A DNA stretch of 64,000 nucleotides from Glaucostegus cemiculus (Eukaryota): assembly GCA_976551045.1 (NCBI GenBank), contig CDPCPM010000387.1:620001-684000 (forward strand), in the 5' to 3' direction. Each line of letters starts with the position of its first letter. Position 1 is the stretch's first letter. This document shows, piece after piece, positions 53,191 through 64,000 of the stretch. Under the pieces are notes generated by a model, which did no database searches, was not told the origin of the DNA, and was given only the letters and a program-made list of their open reading frames with translations. Position numbers and translations under genes: made by a program.

Positions 53191-54659
53191 CATTACTAAG
53201 TTCCTTTGTTATTTTCTAACAAGTTAATTCAGCTCAAGTGAACTAGTTTATGACACATGCAGTTAATGATTGGTTAACATGGAAAACACACCTTCTGCTT
53301 CTCCATCCCTGTTTATTAGGCAAAATTAGGCAGTTGGTTTACAAGCTGTGAAGATATCTGCCATTAACTCTTTCAAAGAACCCAAGTTCACATCTCAGCC
53401 AGAAGACTGTCCGCCTTCCTCTGGCTGATTTGAAACCAGGACTTCTGGCTTATGTAACAGAATGATAAAGCATTCATTGTGCTACTGCCAGCTGTTTGAA
53501 AGTGCTCTCTATTAGTCCTGCTTATTTCTATCCTTTCTAAATAGAAATGAAATGTTCATTTGAAAGTTACACGACTTTAGTTCCACCACTCAAGACAGTG
53601 AATTACAGATTAAAGATGTTACTTTTTCTCAGTGATATTGCTAGTATGTATAATTTATCTATTTAACTTGGCACCTGCACAAAAATGCAAATTTTAGCTT
53701 CATTTCAACATGTTAAAATCACAATATGGCAAAACTCCTTTGGTTAGAGATGCCCTTGTCAACCTGACCAGTGGTTTGCTTATGAAACTATATACCTTAA
53801 ATTGTCGAGTGCCACTCATTCTAGGCCCTGGTATGCTACAACTACATAAAACTATGAAGGGAAAGGCATCGCTGCAATGCATTAATCCATGTTGTATTAT
53901 GGGATAGGGTCTGCCGGTGCCAGCTAGCTTGTGTCAAATTCCCTGTTCGGCCCTTTATTGAAGGAGGAGTGCACCATTTACCGCTGTCCTAAAATTATAA
54001 CTGTGCTCGTGGGGTTTTGGGGTTTACCATGGTGGTACTCCCATCACTTTTGCCCAGTGGGTAGTGGATCACAGCTTCCTTGAGGATCAGATATAAACTA
54101 TCTCCAGTGTGTAACTGTTTGCAGGTGGAAGTGCTCTCCTTGGATAAAACAAACCTTTCAGTTCTATCATTGAAGTGTGATGCTGTTTCCCAAGTTTTAG
54201 GAATAGATGTTTAAATCCCTCTCTGCATTAATATCTGGTCAGAGTCAATTGACAGGAACTAAATCACTAGCATCGTGCCGTTGGCTCAGTTCAGGTAAGA
54301 GGACTGGATTTCTGCCAACCTTGATTGCGACAATATGCAACTAAGATCACAAGTACAAAAGCCTGCTCTTCAAATCTTCTTAAAGGATTAAATCCTAAAA
54401 ATCCAAGGTGGGAAAATTCACCACCATTAGCATTTTGCAGAACAGCCATTGCTGCCCTGATGAATTTTCTGGTGTTGGTTGAAATTTTGTGATTTGAATG
54501 CCAATGATAGTGACATCACTGGGAAACATTTAGAATGCTACCAGATTGGAACACGTTCTGGTAAACCAGGAATTGTGGAGGAAAATGTAATTTAGGTTTC
54601 CACTTCACAAATTCCACATTATCTGCATCACGGCAGGTATCCAGGCCTAAAAGGCTGAT

Positions 54660-56935
54660 TGCTGTCTAGCCCATCTCCATCAATTTGGCCTCTAAGCATC
54701 CGTGTCAACTGAAGCATTGCCATAAGAAGAGCAATGCCAAAGCTCTCAAGGACACCCACCAATATAGCTGTTCTCAGCAGCTTGTCGATAACCTGTCAAC
54801 TCCAATCTGGAGCCACAAAGCATCCAGAGCTCTTGGGCTATCCTGATTGGCATCTGTGAAAGTACTTTTAGCTTCTCTGTCAAGAAGAAACAGGACTGGT
54901 TTGATGAGAATGACCAGGATGTTAAGGAGCTAATTAGTCACTAATTAAGGTGTTCCGGATTGGAAGCTCCACTATTCCTCAAGGGTATAGAAACAGTTCT
55001 GAAGACAGAGGTCCAGCTGAAAACCTGTGATCTATAGAACTGATGGTGAATAGAAAGAACAAGGATGAACTCATCAAGGACAGTGGCATTCAGTGCCCAC
55101 TGGAAGGCATACTTTAAATATGTGTCTTTGACACAACTCTGGCAAGCCTTACTGCCACTCCAGACCAACAGGAAGTCAAAAAGGCACTAAAAAATAACAA
55201 GACCTTGGGAGAAGAGTGTATGCCTACCAAAATCCTAAAGCTCAGCTGTGTAGAGCTTCAGTTTGATGAGGCGGGATATACCAGGTGACTTCACAGATGC
55301 TGGAATCATGACCATCTTCAAGGAAGAAGTCAAGTCTGATTGTGGTAGGTACAGGTGAGTCTACTTGTCTACAATAGAGAAAGTCATTGCTATTAGCTGA
55401 AGAGCTGCTCCCAAATAGCAGTGTAAATTCCATCTATCTAGAGGCACAGTGAGCATGATCTTCACCGCACGACAAGTGCAGGAAAAATTCAGGGAGCAGC
55501 AGTAGCCACTATACATGGCCTTTTCCGACTTCACTAAAGCTTTTGACTCCACCAATTGGAAGGGATAATGGAACACCCTCTTCAAATTCAGCTGCCCACA
55601 GAAATTCAGCTCCATCTTACATATGCTCCACATGACATGCAAACCATAATACTAGCACATGGCTCTGTAACAGCCAGTCTCAATGAAGAATAGTGGCAAA
55701 AATGACTGTGCCATTGTCCCAACACTTCTTTTTTATCATAACATTACATCTCTTCAACAAACTTTCTGTAGCACCTTTGTTGGTTTTGATCAAGGATCTT
55801 CAACCTTAATTCTGTTTCTCTTTGCACAGATCCTGCTTGACCTGCTGAGTGCTTTCAGCATTTCTGTTTTAGTTTCAGATTTCAAATATCTGCAGGTTTT
55901 CTTGGCTTTCAAACTTTACACAGAAGTGGAATTCATCTTCAGGACTCAGGGAAAACTGCTTAACCTATGGTGATTACATTTTGGAACCAAGGTTACCTGA
56001 ACCTCATTGTTTGTGCTGCTGTGTTTGGATGTGACTTGTGTTTGTGCATGCTTGGAGGCTGAGCTCCAGCCATAATGAACTTGGTCACTCTACCATACTA
56101 GAGGATAGGCTTAATAATCAATATCCACAAGGCAAAGATCCTTATCAATCTGCCCACATTGCACCATGCTGCTTTCAGACAATAGAAGTTCATGGTAAGA
56201 CCTGCATATCTCAAGAACCACTTCTTAGCAAAGGCTGGAATCCATAATGAAATTAACTAATGCTTTCAATGTGCCAGCACAGCTTTTGGATAATTGAAGA
56301 ATAGAATGTTGGAAGATCAAGACCTAACTTGCTACAAAACTCATGGTCTACCGAGTAGCAGTGATCCCTGCCCTTCTATATTCTGAGAAGTGGACTACCT
56401 ACGATAGGCACCTCAAGACATCGACTCCTCAAGATCCTCAATTCACTGGAAGGATAAGCGAGCCAATGTCAGGGACTCCTCTCAGGCCAATACGCTGAAC
56501 ATTGAGGTCCCATTTACAATTTCTGTTTTGTTGGGCAGCCTTGTCATTCAGATGCACAGCAGCAGACTCCTGAAACAGATGCCATTCTGAGCTCTGTCAT
56601 GGAAAGAGATTATTGCGCAGCTAGAGGAAAAACCTCAAGGATGTGCAGAAAGGCTCCATCTGGCTTCTGACTGCTCAACGTGGAGAAGGTGCACTTGGGA
56701 TGATATTGAAAAGTTTGACGACATACATTGGGAGTACACAGAAAGCCTGCATATGTGGGTGAAGGAGCCCATCAACTCACAAAGTACTCACCAGTCTGCC
56801 ATTTCGGGCACCTCCTGCCCCATTTGTGGAAGAGTCTGCAGTTCCCACATTGGTTTGATCAGCAACCTCAGAACCCACAAAACTGGAGTAAAAGCGTCAA
56901 TCACCCTCAAACTTGAGGGACTGCGTAAGAAGAAG
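54660..56935 (+). mobile_element. Decayed RTE-clade LINE, with a short Penelope-type insert at about 55750-55900
   Basis: DWFDENDQ at ~54895; MIFTARQVQEKFREQQ*PLYMAFSDFTKAFDS from 55455; C-terminal zinc finger CPICGRVCSSHIGLISNLRTH; (AAG)3 tail ending at 56935; many stops and frameshifts. Confidence 0.88.
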
Positions 56936-57367
56936 TTATTGAGAGCAGTTCAAAAATGGGGAGATTATGCTTTAAATATTGGTGAAGTTCCAACAGCAGA
57001 CTGATCAATAAAGTAAAAGTCCATGAAATCCTAGGCAAAGCGCAAAGTTTGAACCAAAGTTGGTTCAGTCTCTCTAAGTGAGGAAAATGTTTGATGGGAG
57101 TTTTATTAACTTGAAGGCTGCATACAGCAGAATTGTTTGAGTTACATTGCAAGGTTGCCTTTTTGCAGTTTTATATAAATGCATAATCTGGCAAAGAGGT
57201 TGACAGTGAGGAAGAAGATGCTAGACTGCAGAATTTAATGCACTTCAGCTGGAAAGAAAAGGGGCAAGTATTATTTAACGTGGTGAAGTGTGAAGTAATA
57301 TATTTAAGGACAACAAACAATTTAAGAGAATACACAGTATGTTGTAGGATATGGAGAAGTATTGATA

Positions 57368-57620
57368 GGGCAGCACGATAGCGTAGCGGTTAGCGCAACG
57401 CTGTTACAGCGCCAGCGATCGGGGTTCGATTCCCGTCGCTGACTGTAAGGAGTTTGTACGTTCTCCCGTGTCTGTGTGAGCTTCCTCCAAATGCTCCGGA
57501 TTCCTCCCACAGGGTAAAAGACGTACGGGTAGGTTAATTTGGGGGTTTAAAATGGGCAGCGCGGACTCGTTGGGCCGAAAGGGCCTGTTACCACGCTGTA
57601 AATAAAATTTGAATTTAAAT
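57368..57620 (+). mobile_element. tRNA-derived V-SINE (HE1-like), relatively young
   Basis: A box tagcgtagcgg (~57380), B box ggttcgattcc (57423-57433), V-domain gtaaggagtttgtacgttctcccgtg…ctccggattcctcccaca, CR1-like tail gggccgaaagggcctgtt; CpGs retained. Confidence 0.9.
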
Positions 57621-57739
57621 AAAAGCAGAGAAGGATCTTGGAGTATGTGTCACAGATCCCTGAGGCTAGTATGTCTGGTAGATAAGAAATATTAAAGCTG
57701 GCCTTTTATATTGTAGATTCATACCACATAAGAGCAGGT

Positions 57740-60700
57740 GGGTCTGGAGCAATAGTCAAACTGTAACCTGCGTGGTGCTAGGGTTAATGACATCTCTTCT
57801 GGACTGGAATATTTGGAGTGGGAGGGAGAGGAGCCAGTTGTCATGGTTCATGTAGGCATTAATGACATAGGGAGGACTAGGAGGAAGGTTCTGCAAAGAG
57901 ATTATGAGGAACTTGCAGCAAAATTGAAAAGCAGAACCACGAGGGCGATAATCTCCAAATTACAACCTGAGGCACGTTCAAATCGATGAAGGGTAAATAG
58001 GATTAAATGTGTGGCTCAAAGTGCAGTGTGGTAGAAATGGGTTCCAATCCATGGGACAATGGCATCAGTACTAGGGAAAGAGAGAGCTGTCCTGTTGGGA
58101 TGTGCTCCACCTGAATCATGCTGAGACCAGTGTCCAGGCAGATCACATAAATAGGGTTGTAGACAGGGCTTTAAAGTAATAGAAGAGGGCTCTAAGAACA
58201 GATATTTAATAAATCAAGAGGAAATGAGAGAGCAATGGCACAGGATAGTTAAGGAGGAAATTCACAAGTAAATTGTAACACATTGGGACAGAAAATGGAA
58301 ACAATAGTGTACACGGATATAACAATAGTGCAGACAGCACAGATAGCAATATATGAGTATGATCTAATAACTAATGGAGACTTGATTGCAGGATGATCAG
58401 GACTCAATAATGCAGGTTACAGATTGTTCCAAAAGAACAGGCCAGAAGTTAAAGGAGGCAGGTTAGCATGGTTAATTAAGGAGGGTGTCAGAGTGGTGCT
58501 GGGTTGTGATATAGAGTCAGTAGACAGTAATGTAGAATCAGTTTGGGTTAAAATCATAAATAGCAGGGGAAAGACGATGTGGGAAGTAGTCTGCAGGTCC
58601 CCTAAATATGACCACTCAATAGGGCGGAGCATAAATGGGGAAATATCCAGGGCATGTTTGAAGGGAACTGCAATTATCATGGAAGGCTTTAATCTACATA
58701 TTGATCAGACAAACCAAAATGGCAAGTGTATCATATAAGAATTTGTGGAGTGCTTCAGGGATTGCTTCTTAGAACATCATATTACAGAGCATACCTAGGA
58801 GCAGGCTGTTTTAGGTTTGGTCATGAGTAATGAGGAAGGATTGATAAGAGATCCTGTGCTTTAAGATCTTCCAGGAGGTCGTGACTACAATATTATGGAG
58901 CTCCAGACGCAGTTTGAAGGTGAACACCACAGGACCAAAACCACTGTTTTCAATTTAAATAATAATGATTAAAATGATGTGAAGGTTGAGGTTTTGAAGG
59001 TGGATTGGGAAAATAAGCTAAGAGACAGTCAGTAGATGAACAGTGGCGGAGATTCAAACAGCTGGTCCCTAATGCTCAGCAGGAATTTATCCCAATTAGA
59101 AAAAGGGATTCCATGATAAGAGGCATAGATCGAGTGGACAGTCAGAGACCATTTCCTAGGGTGACAATGGCTAGCACAAGGAGGCATAATTTTAAGGTGA
59201 TTGGGAAGATATAAGGGGTATGGCAGGGGTAAGTTTTTTACACAGAAAGTGGTGGATGCATGGAACGCACTGCCGACAGAGGTTGTGAGGGTAGATATAT
59301 TAAGGACATTTAAGAGGCTATTTGATAGCCACATGAATGATAGAGAAATTGAGGGCTATGTGGGAGGGGAGCGTTAGCTAGATCTTAGAGCAGGATAAAA
59401 TGTCGGGACAACATTGATCACTGTAGTATTCTATGAGAAAGAGGCATAATCTGTAGTGAAAACTGAATTTGAGAGAAAACTTGTGCGTCATATCAAAACA
59501 AATAGTAAATGTTTCTATGGATATATAAATAGGAGAATGTGGCTTAAGGTAGTTGTGAGACCTCTCGAGAACAAGGTAGGTGAATTAATAACAGGAAACA
59601 AAGAAATGGCAGATATGCTGATAGTCATTTTTTTGCTTCAGTCTTCACCATGGAAGATATTGCAAGTATCGCTAATATAACAAATGGGCTCATTTCAAAT
59701 AACATGGAGGAACTTATAAAAATCCCAGTCACAAGGGATAAGATATTAGGGAAAATGACGGAACTAAAAGAGGACAAATTTTGGCACCTGATGGCTTGTA
59801 CCCAACAGTTTTAAAGGAAGTGGGTACAGAATTATTGGACCCATTGGTTGAAAATTTTCAAAGCTTCCCAAGTTCTGGGAAGGTACCAAAGGATTGGAAA
59901 ACAACCAATGTGACTCCTTCGTTCAAAAAGAGAGGAAGTCAGAGCAGGTGAACTATAGGCCAGTTAGTCTAACATCTATTGTTGGCAAGATGCTGGAGTC
60001 AATAGTCAATGATGATATAAGGTGAATATAATCAAACCCAGTAAACATGGTTTTATTATGGGTAAATCATATTTGACAAAATTTCTTGAATTCTTTGAGG
60101 ATGTGACAGGGAGAGTTGATAGAGGGGAATCTGTAGATGTAGTGTATTTGGATTTCCAAAGGGAATTTGACAAGGAGACACATAAGAAATTAGCAAATAA
60201 ATTAAGATCCCAAGGTATTGGAGGAAATGTGTAAGCTAGCTTAAAAACTATCTATCACATAGGAAACAGAGAATTAGTATAAATGGGTCCTTTTCAGGTT
60301 GGAAGGATGTAGCTAGTGGAATACTATTTATATTAAAGTCCTGGACAAGGGAACAAAATGTAAGGTTTCCAAGTTTGCCAGTGATATGAAGATAGATGGA
60401 AGGGGATGTTGTAATAGGGACATTGTGACTCTGCAATGGGATGTAGATAGATTGAGTGATTGGGTGAAAACCTGGCAGATGGAGTTTAATGTAGGGAAGT
60501 GTAAGGTCATGCACTTCGGTAAGAGGAATCAAAAGGTGAATTATAATCTAAATGGAGAGAGACTGCAAGTGAGTGAAGTTTAGAGGATCTAGGTGTTCTA
60601 GTATATGGATCACAAAAAGTTAGCAGGCAGGCCCAACAGTTAGTTAAACAAATGGCATTTTGACATTTATTGCAAAGAGGTTCGAGTTTAAAAATAAGGA

Positions 60701-61155
60701 GGTTTTGTTACAATTGTACAAGGTTTTGGTGAGGCCGCACCTGGGATACTGCATGGTTTTGGTCCCCTTACCTAAAATAGGATATAGTAGAATGGGAGGC
60801 AGTCCAGAGGAGATTTACCTTATTCAAACATCTAAGGTCCAAAGGGATCTTGATACGTTAGATGTTGAGATGTGAGATGTTTTCACTTGTGGGAGAGTCA
60901 CAATCAAGGGGTCATAGCTACAAAATAATGGGCCAGTCATTCAAAACTGATATGCGTAGAAATTTCTTCTCTCAGAGGGTAGTGAGTCTGTGGAATTCTC
61001 TGTCCTGAGGGTGTTGAAGTCCAGATCGTTAGGTATATTTAAGGTGGAAATAGATAAGTATTTGCAAGATCAAGGAACTGATGTTTATGGGGAATTGACA
61101 CAGAAGAGGAGTTGAGGCCAGCATAAATCAGCCTCCTGCCCCTACTTCTCTGTGT
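57740..61155 (+). mobile_element. Near-full-length decayed CR1 LINE (ORF1 SGNH esterase, APE endonuclease, RT)
   Basis: EPVVMVHVGINDIG at 57831 (ORF1 esterase); NVESVWVKI…IIMEGFNL (APE); NYRPVSLTSIVGKMLES; VDVVYLDFQREFDK; KFASDMK (decayed FADD); WQMEFNVGKCKVMHFG; multiple stops. Confidence 0.9.
59113..59436 (+). mobile_element. Younger CR1 3' fragment nested in the long CR1
   Basis: gaggcatagatcgagtggacagtcagagac…tttacacagaaagtggtggatgcatggaacgcactgcc…attctatg, flanked by similar sequences attccatga and attctatga. Confidence 0.8.
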
Positions 61156-61689
61156 ATGTAAAGCATTAGTTAGACTATAGCAAGAGGACTGTGCACAGTT
61201 CTGTCACTGGAAGAATGGGATAGCACCAAGCGTTGGGCTTTCAAGGAAATTGCCAGGCTGGAGATTGTTAGTTATAGAAAGAGAATGACTCAGCTGAGGT
61301 TAGTCCACTTTAGGGAAGATATATTAGGTTGTAGGAAGTACAGTTTAGATAAGCTTTTCCCTTGCAAATACCACGTTGTGCTCAAATATTTTGAATACAA
61401 TTAGATAAATGTTCCTGTGCTGTTAGACTGCTGATTAAATCTGGCTGATAACACAACACTAAATCCAATATGAAATTGTGTTTCTAATTTCTATGTCCTA
61501 AAAACTGCAGAGAAATCTAGTGATAAAGGTAATGTGAGCAGCAACTAAGGGGGAATGGTTGCACGTCAGTACTTCTCTTGAGGACTTGAATGAGGACTAG
61601 GATAGAGGAACATGTAGATACGTATCAAAATGCTTGGTGCATTATCCAGCCTGCCTGACAGAATGCAACTCACGTCAAGGAGCATGGAA

Positions 61690-62447
61690 GAGTCTGCAGT
61701 GGAAACAGTGAGCTGCTTCAAGTTCCTGGGTGTCAACATCTTAGAGGATCTATCCTGGACGCAGCACATAGATGCAACCACGAAGAAGGTGCGCCAGCAT
61801 CTCTACTTTCTTGAAAGTTTAAGGTGATTCGTTATGTCATCGCCGACTCTGACAAACATGATGTACAGTGGAAAGCATTCTGACTGGTTGCATCGCAGCC
61901 TGGTATGGAAGGTCCAATGCATTGGACTGCAAGAAGCTACAGAGAGTGATGGCCTCAACCACTTCCATCATGGGTACAGCTCTCCCCACCATCAAGAGAC
62001 AATGTCTCAGGAAGGCGACATCCATCATCGGAGATCCACCATCCGGGCTGTGCCCTCTTCTGTATGCTGCCATCAGGCAGGACGTATTTGAGCCTGCAGA
62101 TACACACCTCCAGGTTTGGCAACAGCTTCTTCCCCACTGTACTGTCATCAGGTGAATCAGTCCATCACTGAACTGATCTGATAAACCTTAACACTACCTC
62201 AGACTATATATTTTTCTCTCCCTCAATCTTGCACTAGTGTTGTTATTTTATTTTGGTGTTTATTTTATGTATATAAGTTATGTATAATTTATGTTACTGT
62301 GCGTTTAAATTTAACTAACCGAACCAACCAGTGATAACTTATGCTTGTCCTTGCAATATACTGTGCCACTGCTGCTGCAAAAAGCTAACTTTCATAGCAT
62401 TTATACTCTGTATGTATGCCCATGACAACAATAAACTTGAACTTGAG
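61690..62447 (+). mobile_element. Rex1/Babar LINE 3' fragment
   Basis: VETVSCFKFLGVNILEDLSWTQHIDATTKKVRQHLYFL and ESILTGCIAAWYG are Rex1 RT C-terminal motifs; tail gacaacaataaacttgaacttga. Confidence 0.88.
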
Positions 62448-63099
62448 TCTACTTCCAGTCCAGAAGTAGGTTGCACCTTCATGTCAGCCAGCAAGAGACT
62501 GTCATGGGGTGATGGCTATTGGAGCAGGTTTCTTTTTCCATTGAAGCAATATTGGAATCCATCCAAAGTCTTAGCACCTTAATGGAGTCTCAGACCAGTC
62601 TAAGCTCTGAATGATATAACCCAGCAGCAGATTGCTATTCTTGGAAAGCTTACAACCAGGAGTACGTTGTTGCCATCAGGGAGCAGATTGTTATCATTGT
62701 AGAGTTTGATTGCCCGTGTATTTGAAAGCTTTGACGGCAGCTGTACAATCTGCTTTTACTCTAGCTTTGATCTGAATTAAAATCTTTGATTAAATTAGTT
62801 CTAAAATCAGCACATCAATAAAAGTGTAGCTCGAGTAACATTCCTAAAAGATGGAGGACTGTGTTCTTGAAAAATCTTAAGTCTATGGAACTACTAATAT
62901 TAATCATGAATGCGTCTGGAAGCAGATACGTTATATAGTGTCTGCAAATGCCTGAGATACTCTGGTATTGTCCTTCAATGAGGAGATGGAGCTCCAACAG
63001 GTATAAAGTGAACTATCAGACACATATATACAAAGTTATCAGTGCCAAGGAGATAGACAATAGGTAGTTACTCAGGTTGTGTAGTTTTCTGATCCATTG

Positions 63100-63432
63100 T
63101 ATATAAACTTATAGGGGCACAGATCGGTTAGATAGTAAGAAACATTTTCCCCATCCGGGAGATGTATAATGTAAGGGTTCAGAGATTTAGAATGAATCTG
63201 AAGAAAATACTTTTCCACCCAGAGGGCAGTTGGAATCTGGAACGCTCTGCCTGAGGGGCTGGTGGAGGCAGAGACTTATATTTAAGAAGTATCTGAACAA
63301 GCACGTATTGCCAAGGCATAGCAGGCTATGGGCCAAGTGCTGGAAAATGGGATTGGTATAGAAAGGTGCTCAATGGTTAGCATTGACATGGTGGACCGAA
63401 GGGCTGGTTACTTTGCTGTATGACTCTATGAC
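63100..63432 (+). mobile_element. CR1 LINE 3' fragment
   Basis: ttttccacccagagggcagttggaatctggaacgctctgcctgagggg… with tail ggaccgaagggc…gctgtatgactctatgac. Confidence 0.85.
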
Positions 63433-64000
63433 ATTGTAATTTTTATATGTTCTTTACTGTATCATTGGCAGATTCCCACATGCAGCTTGGAGAAAGTACG
63501 TGCTGTGTGGTCTTCCCTTGAAGAAGCTTTTCTGGTGAATCATACACAGACAATTATTTCATCGAAATCCAGGGATAAAGGTAATGTGAGCATACAAGCA
63601 ATTGGAAGGATAGGTTAGGTATTTGGCTGCATTATGCTATCTATAGTCTATATACTATATCTATAGTCTACAAATCTATAGCCTTTCTTCACAGTGAAAT
63701 TCAACTCTTTCTCATCTGCTTATATGTAAACACATTTCTCATTAGGGTTGTAAGATATTTCAATCGAATGAGCAACCTTTATTGTTTTCAGGGTTTTACC
63801 ATATAATAATGTGATTACATCAATTTGTGATCGGTGTCCTGTATTTGGAAACATGCTTGGGATGATGTTCAGCAGCTTGCTGTCTTACTCCATTACTCAC
63901 ACAACTGAACGTCAAGGTTTTGGCCATCACCTCTGTTTAGCATTTAAGATTTTGCTCTAATGCTGAATGAAGTGGCAAGGTCACTGATAAGCACATAAGA

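Noticed and set aside
56753-57004. C2H2 zinc-finger gene fragment (CPICGRVC…LRTH)
   Set aside because: It is the C-terminal finger of the decayed RTE LINE, directly followed by the (AAG)n tail.
57368-57445. tRNA gene
   Set aside because: The A and B boxes continue into a V-domain and a LINE-like tail, so this is a SINE head.
48300-64000. Exons of the downstream neighbour gene (SYT13 in human synteny)
   Set aside because: No C2-domain or other recognisable coding sequence found on either strand; the region is dominated by decayed LINEs.

Overview
This is AT-rich eukaryotic (vertebrate) genomic DNA. The repeat families (HE1-like V-SINE, Deu-domain SINEs, CR1, RTE, Rex1/Babar and Penelope remnants) point to a cartilaginous fish. 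The window holds the 3' part of PRDM11 on the + strand: the NLS / CPNC-coiled-coil exon (2495-3307) and the large terminal exon encoding a TTF zinc finger plus a domesticated hAT-transposase fold (42723-44905). The PR/SET exons lie upstream of the window. The main discovery is inside the 39-kb intron between these two exons. Three further exons (19179-20272, 24579-24801, 28375-28511) have canonical, phase-matched splice sites and join in frame to the coiled-coil exon. They encode a Q/P/H-rich 11-aa repeat region and a complete BEN domain split over two exons, followed by their own AATAAA. The locus therefore appears to choose among three C-termini: a short read-through tail, a BEN DNA-binding module, or the hAT-derived module. 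I do not know a PRDM11-BEN isoform from mammals. Most short ORFs in the track are spurious or decayed transposon fragments. Repeat boundaries are approximate and gene identities rest on recalled homology, not a database search.
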